Notes under the pieces: model-generated
Told to the model about the DNA's origin: nothing
Seen by the model: only the letters and a program-made list of their open reading frames with translations
Databases searched by the model: none
Shown here: positions 56,800 to 64,000 of the stretch, piece after piece
How the letters are laid out: each line of letters begins with the position of its first letter
Numbering within the stretch: position 1 is the first letter of the stretch
Translations under genes and position numbers: made by a program
Origin: Eledone cirrhosa
Lineage: Eukaryota
Reading direction: 5' to 3'
DNA: 64,000 bases
Assembly (NCBI GenBank): GCA_964016885.1
Contig: OZ024746.1
Span: 62,992,001 to 63,056,000 of the forward strand

Positions 56800-57010
56800 A
56801 AGAATAGATCACTATCTTTCAGAAAAATAATAAACAAATAATGATTTAGAAATCAGGTCATGCAGATATTAGGGGAAATAGAAAAACAGATGAATTAGCA
56901 GAAAAGGGAACACATAAGGTAAAAATAAATATAGACTATATTCCTAACATACAGCAAGTAAAATCATTTAGTAAAAACTTAATTAGTCAAAGATGGGAAA
57001 ACATTAGAAA
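56800..57010 (+). pseudogene. Degraded RNase H fragment of a retroelement
   Basis: GHADIRGNRKTDELAEKG at ~56856-56909 resembles GHxGIxGNExADxLAxxG; stops nearby. Confidence 0.55.
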
Positions 57011-57430
57011 GAATCTAGAGATAAGCTTTCAAATTTCAATCCTTCATAGTCTAAACTAGATCTGTCAATGTTTAAAACGTATCAGGGACCGAATAACGTT
57101 GTATTCGAAGGTGTCTTTTACCGTTGAGCTACATTTTATCATGAATGGGTCGCACAGAACTTCTTCTATGAAGGCCACACGAAAAGATTCAAAATAAATT
57201 TTTATAGCTGTTTTATAGATGGCCCTTGTTTTTCATCTTTTTTTTATCTTATTTTTACTTCTTTTGCTCCCCTTTGCCTCTCATTCTCACCTCCTCTCAC
57301 TCTCTCTTTCTCTCTCTCTCTCACCCTCTCCCTCACTTCTCTTGTCTTTGTATCCCAATTCTAAGGAGTACTAGATAACTCACCTATTTTGGGAGGGCTT
57401 GCTAGCTTTATACGAACACTTAAATTGATA

Positions 57431-57493
<63 letters not shown>

Positions 57494-57502
57494 GTATGAA
57501 TG

Positions 57503-57584
<82 letters not shown>

Positions 57585-57689
57585 TAATAACTATGAACCC
57601 AAAAATCCGAAGAGGGCTCGCTTGAATTTCAGAAGATCCTGGAATAGGGTGAAAGCAGCGGTTCTTTGCTTAAACTTTAATCTGTTCTA

Positions 57690-57830
57690 ATAATTGTTTC
57701 TACTTTTGGCACAAGGCCAGCAATTACCCAGTACATTACTGGTACTTTATTTTATCGACCCCGTAAGGATGAACGGCAAAGTTAACCTCGGCGGAATTTG
57801 AACTTAGATCGTAAAGGGACGTAACTCTGT
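57690..57830 (-). mobile_element. Truncated SINE
   Basis: Core and tail match the family. Confidence 0.85.
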
Positions 57831-58332
57831 ACTAATAATAAATATATACATGTATATATATGGAAAAAAGATGAAATTGAAAATGCAACTGGAGTCTTTT
57901 TTATTTAAATATATTTATTTGGTTCCTTTACCGGTTTCGCAGTTCTTGTTCTTTTCAAAAGTAGAATTGAGATAGAGGGTTTGTGGTTTTTCTCACATCT
58001 GTTTTTTCTCATATATATATATTTGTATATAACATTATTCTTTCTGCACCTTCTGTTTTACATGTGCGACACCACACTAATACATTTCGCTATCATTTGA
58101 TAATGCATATAAATGCAGAAACCGGTAATAGACAATAATTAAATATATAAATAGATAAATAAATGCCATTGTTAAATAATAAATAAATCAACTAATACCT
58201 TAACACTTCACACAAAGTAAAACATTTCGTTTTAATCATTTTCTAACCCAGAAAAAAGAGAGAGAGAGACAAAAAAAAGGAAAAAATTATATTTTTCTTC
58301 CTCATAATCGTCTCTTTCTCCCTGTTTTCATA

Positions 58333-58404
<72 letters not shown>

Positions 58405-58480
58405 CATACATACATACATATATATATATGTATATGTATATATATGTATATATATATGTATATATATGTATATATATATG

Positions 58481-58555
<75 letters not shown>

Positions 58556-58629
58556 GTATATATATATATGTATATATATATATGTATATATATATGTATA
58601 TATATGTATATATATATATATATATATAT

Positions 58630-59150
58630 GATAAACACGAAATGTGTTTATATTGCAACAGACAAAGTTAGCCATTAATGAAATAAACTAATAAAAGTGA
58701 ATACAATTTGTCTGTCTCGATATAAGTCAATAAAGACAAGCTTATATTGGCAACGGCCATGATTCCTGGACATATTTAAATTTCAAAATTCAAAATTCAA
58801 ACCTGTTCTGTAGACGAATTTGAACCTCGAAACCTAAATAAGTTTCGCAACGGTTTATTTAGGTTTCGAGGTTCAAATTCGTCTACAGAACAGGTTTGAA
58901 TTTTGAAATTTAAATATGTCCAGGAATCATGGCCGTTGCCAATATAAGCTTGTCTTTATTGACTTGTATCGAGACAGACAAATTGTATTCACTTTTATTA
59001 GTTTATTTCATTAATAGCTAACTTTGTCTGTTGCAATATAAACACATTTCGTGTTTATCATATATTTTAAATGTATTTAACTGCTCGGAAGAGCCCCTTC
59101 CTGGAGCTTAATTATTGTAAACGACTGAGAGTTTATTCTCAAAATATAAT
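58630..59150. mobile_element. Fold-back mini-element (arms ~210 bp) with a ~90-nt right tail
   Basis: gataaacacgaaatgtg... mirrored to 59061; centre ~58846; (TA)n on both sides. Confidence 0.85.
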
Positions 59151-59180
59151 ATAATATATATATATATATATATGTATATG

Positions 59181-59933
<753 letters not shown>

Positions 59934-59940
59934 TATATAC

Positions 59941-59978
<38 letters not shown>

Positions 59979-60734
59979 ATACGGTGGACATCATCATCTT
60001 TTTCAGGCTTCTTCAATTAAATCGTACAGATTTGTAAAATGCCTGGAAGGAGTTGATAAATTACAAAATTACAGTGCTCTGAACTTTGTGGATTACATAT
60101 TTAATGTCGAGAGAAAGTATATAAGAGTATTAACGAACGAAATTATTGGTTATTATTAGTTATTAACTTAATATCGTTATCTATATATTACACGTGTCTT
60201 CTCTGACTTAGTTATTAATTAATTTCTCAGTTGCTGTTGAGATTTCCCTCCGTTTTCATGTATATCATTATATAAGAAGTGACGTAATAAATAGGTTAAT
60301 GAATTAATGTTTGGCCTGATGGGATCACAGATGTGTCTAATTATACACATGTACTGAGAAAATTGCCTTCTTAGTTAGGGGTATAATTTTGGTTCTATGT
60401 CACCCACATTTGGAGATTAGCGAGCTAACATTGAGGCAGCGAGGAGGGGGTGGGGGGTCTAACTCTGCCTAGACACTCGACCTCCTGGAAATAGCAGTCA
60501 AATATTCCTTATATTACAGCTCCAATCATTGTTTAACATGGGCCTTGCAAAAAATTTGACATATTAGATGGTGTGGTCTTATATACATTGTGTGTATGTA
60601 GCCATAACTCCCGATGGAGTTGTTGAGGTGACGTAGTGTCTTACGTATTTTGGGGACCCATCACCTCTCCAGGTCTGAACACAGATGATTTCTTCCAGAG
60701 AGAGAGCGAGAGAGAGAGAGAGAGCGTGTGAGCG

Positions 60735-60765
<31 letters not shown>

Positions 60766-60779
60766 TGTGTGATCGAGAG

Positions 60780-61122
60780 GAAGAATCGACTGCTACTTTT
60801 TTATCGATCTCGAAAGGATATAGTGTAAAGTTGACGTCGGCGGGATTTGAACTCAGAGTGCAAAGAGCTGGAACGAATATCGTAAAGCATTCTATCCGAT
60901 GTTCTAACGACTCTGTCAATTCGCCACCTCCTATAAATATATTATTTGTCTCTACTTTAGGCACAAGGCCAGCAATTACCCAGTGCATTACTGGTACTTT
61001 ATTTTATCGACCCCGTAAGGATGAAAGGCAAAGTCAACCTCGGCAGGATTTGAACTCAGATCGTAAAGGGACGTAACTATGCTGGAAAGCATGGCGTCCG
61101 ACCCTCTACCGATATTGCCAAT
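60780..61122 (-). mobile_element. Two SINE copies (old variant 60780-60930; young copy 60943-61122)
   Basis: Family match. Confidence 0.85.
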
Positions 61123-61718
61123 TGTTTGTATAAAAGGATGGTCACTGTTGGAACGTCTTTAACATAGTTTCGCCTTGAACAGAGTTGATCCAGAGCTAAA
61201 ATTTTATTAGGGCAGTTATCTCAAACCCAAAGACTAAAAGGTACCATTACGTCCTGGGCATGAGGCACAGAGGAACCAAATGTAAGATGAGGTAGGAGCG
61301 TTATTTCCACCAGTTATAATGCTAATCTGCAATACAGCTGATAGGCTGCTATTTCTTTTCTTTTTTTTATTCAACAAAATTAATACACATATGATATTAA
61401 GTGGGATATGTGAATTAATACAAAATGTAGGGGGACAAATTTTCCTTAATTTATCACAAAAATCGTTTTCCCGCGGGCCATAGAAATATAGATTATGGGC
61501 CGAGTGTTTGAGACACTTGTATAAGGATGTATGACTTACTTTCGCAATGTCGTAGGTTCTTGAGTAAAGTCCATTCAGCTGAAAATGACCTTTTTCTGTA
61601 GACTGTTTTATTTAGTCAAAGTTACGGCAACATTTTCTTCTAATTCAATTTTAAAATTCTTCTCGCTTCTACATAAATTCGCCGTTTTTTAAACAAACGT
61701 TATTAATTATATGATAAT

Positions 61719-61902
61719 TGTTTCTACTTTTGGCACAAGGCCAGCAATTACCCAGTGTATTACTGGTACTTTATTTTATCGACCCCGTAAGGATGAAAGG
61801 CAAAGTTAACCTCGGCGGGATTTGAACTCAGAATGGCAAGGGCCGTAACTATGCGTCAAAGCATGGCGTTCGACCCTCTACCGATACTGCCAATCCACCG
61901 CC
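61719..61902 (-). mobile_element. Full-length SINE with 18-bp TSD
   Basis: TSD tattaattatatgataat. Confidence 0.92.
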
Positions 61903-62399
61903 TATTAATTATATGATAATGCCCTGCGATCAATATATAAATCGCTTAATATCTTTACTGCATAACAACATTGTGGTAATATCCAAAGTGGTGGAGAGGG
62001 TGATATCGTGTTATGACCTGTCACGTGATTTGGCGTAGGTGAGTGTAAACTGTGCTGGTGAAAATGCTGCTTTGGTAATGTTCTTGGTGTGGTCAGAGCA
62101 AGAAGTGTAAAAAAAAAAGTAGGTTCGTCAGCTTGGTAAAATGTAAGAGAAGAGGGTGCACGTTGTAGAGTTAGTCTAGGTCACTAAATACCTAGAGTGA
62201 CGGCTCTGGCTACAATTACGTCTCGGTCACTGAATTTTACCATGGAAACCATATATAATTAATTAACGTGTTCATTCTCCTTTTATGCTGTTATTAGCTT
62301 ATTTTGCTCGTTTCTTTTGTGAAATATGATATATTAAGAACAAAAAAATATATTAATAGCCTGTTGGGTTACTGCCAATAGAAATGATAAATGATTCAT

Positions 62400-62930
62400 A
62401 TAATTGTTTCTACTTTAGGCACAAGGCCAGCAATTATCCAGTGCATTACTGGTACTTTATTTTATCTACCCCGTAAGGATGAAAGGCAAAGTCAACCTCC
62501 GCGGGATTTGAACTCAGATCATAAAGGGACGTAACTATGCTGGAAAACATGGCGTCCGACCCTCTACCGATACTAATGACCGATAATACCTCTTTGGTAC
62601 TTTTTTGTGTATTAATATATACAAGGGCGCTGAGAACAACTTTGCCTTTCACCCTTCTGGGATCGATAAAATAAAGTACCAGTCAAGTACTGAGGTTGAT
62701 TTAATCAACTTTACGCTTCCCCAAAATTTGCTGACCTTGTGCCTAAATTAGAAATCAATGTATAGAAATAAAGGCAGCGAATTGGCAGAGTCGTTAGAAT
62801 GTCGGATAGAATGCTTTGCAGTATCCATTCCAGCTTTCAGCGCTCAGAGTTCAAAACCTGCCAAGGTCAACTTTGCCTTTCATCCTTCCGGGCCCGATAA
62901 TAAGAGAACCGGTCTAGTACTTGGGTCAAT
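62400..62930. mobile_element. SINE cluster (62400-62575 -, 62636-62757 +, 62772-62930 +)
   Basis: Family match. Confidence 0.85.
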
Positions 62931-63845
62931 TCTTCCTCTATATTTCTTTCTCCGTCCTATGTAATTTGGTAGTAGATTTGGCAGCTATTTCTGGCAGATC
63001 GAACGACTCTTTAGAGGCCCATTTATTGATTTCATGTACATGTTAAGTACTTCCTTGAGGTCAATTGTGGTTTTATTAGCCTAATTATTTTATCTCTTTG
63101 TATGTATATGTATGTGTATGCATGTGCGTATGTGAGTATGTGTGTGTGTATGCGCGTGAGATCGTTATCAAATGAAACTACAAAAAAGTAATACAATATA
63201 CAACCATATTCCTTTGTCGTTAAGTTGGCGTAGTTAAGTACTGCGGTCGATATTATTGACTATACCGCTCCCCCGCCCCTCGCTCAAAATGTCTGGCCTT
63301 ACACTTACGCGAGAAATCAATTGTTGATCCTCCATCGGTTTCCACGATGAATATACAGTTTTTCGATCAATTTAACGTCCAACTTGTGAATTAGCATGTA
63401 AGTAGTTGAGTATTCCATAGATACGTGTATGTACCCATAACATAGTTCCAAACCAGAATCAGTGTGACACATTATGTGACAAGGTTAGAACATGAAATTA
63501 CTGTTATAGTTTTGTTGAGCTGTGGTAACGAGGGAGCATTTATGTGGTCGCTCTACTTGCTAGAAATAGCGGCTAATTTTCCCTCAAATTACACCCTATT
63601 GCCTTAAAAACTGGGAGGAGACATTAGATAATATAGTGCTCTATGCTCTTGCTTTAATAATAAAAAAGGACGGGATGGTCACAGTTGGAGCGCCTTTGAT
63701 CATATTTATGTCGACCTGTGTCTAAACAACAACAACAATAGCAACTGCGGAGAACCAGAACGAATACCGAAAACCATTCTATCAGACGTTCTCTGCCAAT
63801 TCGCCACTTGTACAAATGTTAATCTTACTATAACCAAACATCAGA

Positions 63846-63990
63846 GCAGTGGATTGGCAGAATTGGTAAAGTCTTAGATAAACTGCTTTAAGGAATTTTT
63901 CCTAGCCCTTTACATTTTCGAGTCCAAATCCTACCGAGGTCAAATTTACCTTTCATCTTTCCGTGGTTGATAAATTAAAGTACCAGTTAC
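63846..63990 (+). mobile_element. Diverged SINE
   Basis: gtggattggcagaattgg, gagtccaaatcc, cctttcatctttccg. Confidence 0.75.
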
Positions 63991-64000
63991 ATAGCAGGGA

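Noticed and set aside
58808-58845. CTGTAGA..GAAAC as a hammerhead
   Set aside because: Core A6 is altered, stem II is very weak, and it points inward, unlike the other cases.

Overview
AT-rich eukaryotic DNA, dense in microsatellites and transposons. The SINE/LINE content resembles an octopod cephalopod; that is an inference. No intact host gene is recognisable and most listed ORFs are microsatellite artefacts. The window holds: a degraded Penelope-like retroelement (RT C-terminus, Cys linker, GIY-YIG); CRE-, RTE- and RNase H-type LINE relics; about 30 copies of one tRNA-derived SINE; several hAT and Tigger-like MITEs with target-site duplications (TSDs); two minisatellites; and a 3.6-kb near-identical tandem duplication. 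The main signal is about 20 short (130-600 bp) non-coding islands from many unrelated families, embedded in (TA)n tracts. Most are fold-backs with one short and one long arm ending at reproducible positions. Several carry intact minimal type-I hammerhead ribozyme motifs, consistent with terminal-repeat-only (pLTR-only) Penelope-derived mini-elements. A second candidate system is a family of (ATGT)n-embedded, internally deleted RTE elements whose 5' end folds in an HDV-ribozyme-like helix order, with compensatory changes between subfamilies. All coordinates and folds were read by eye.
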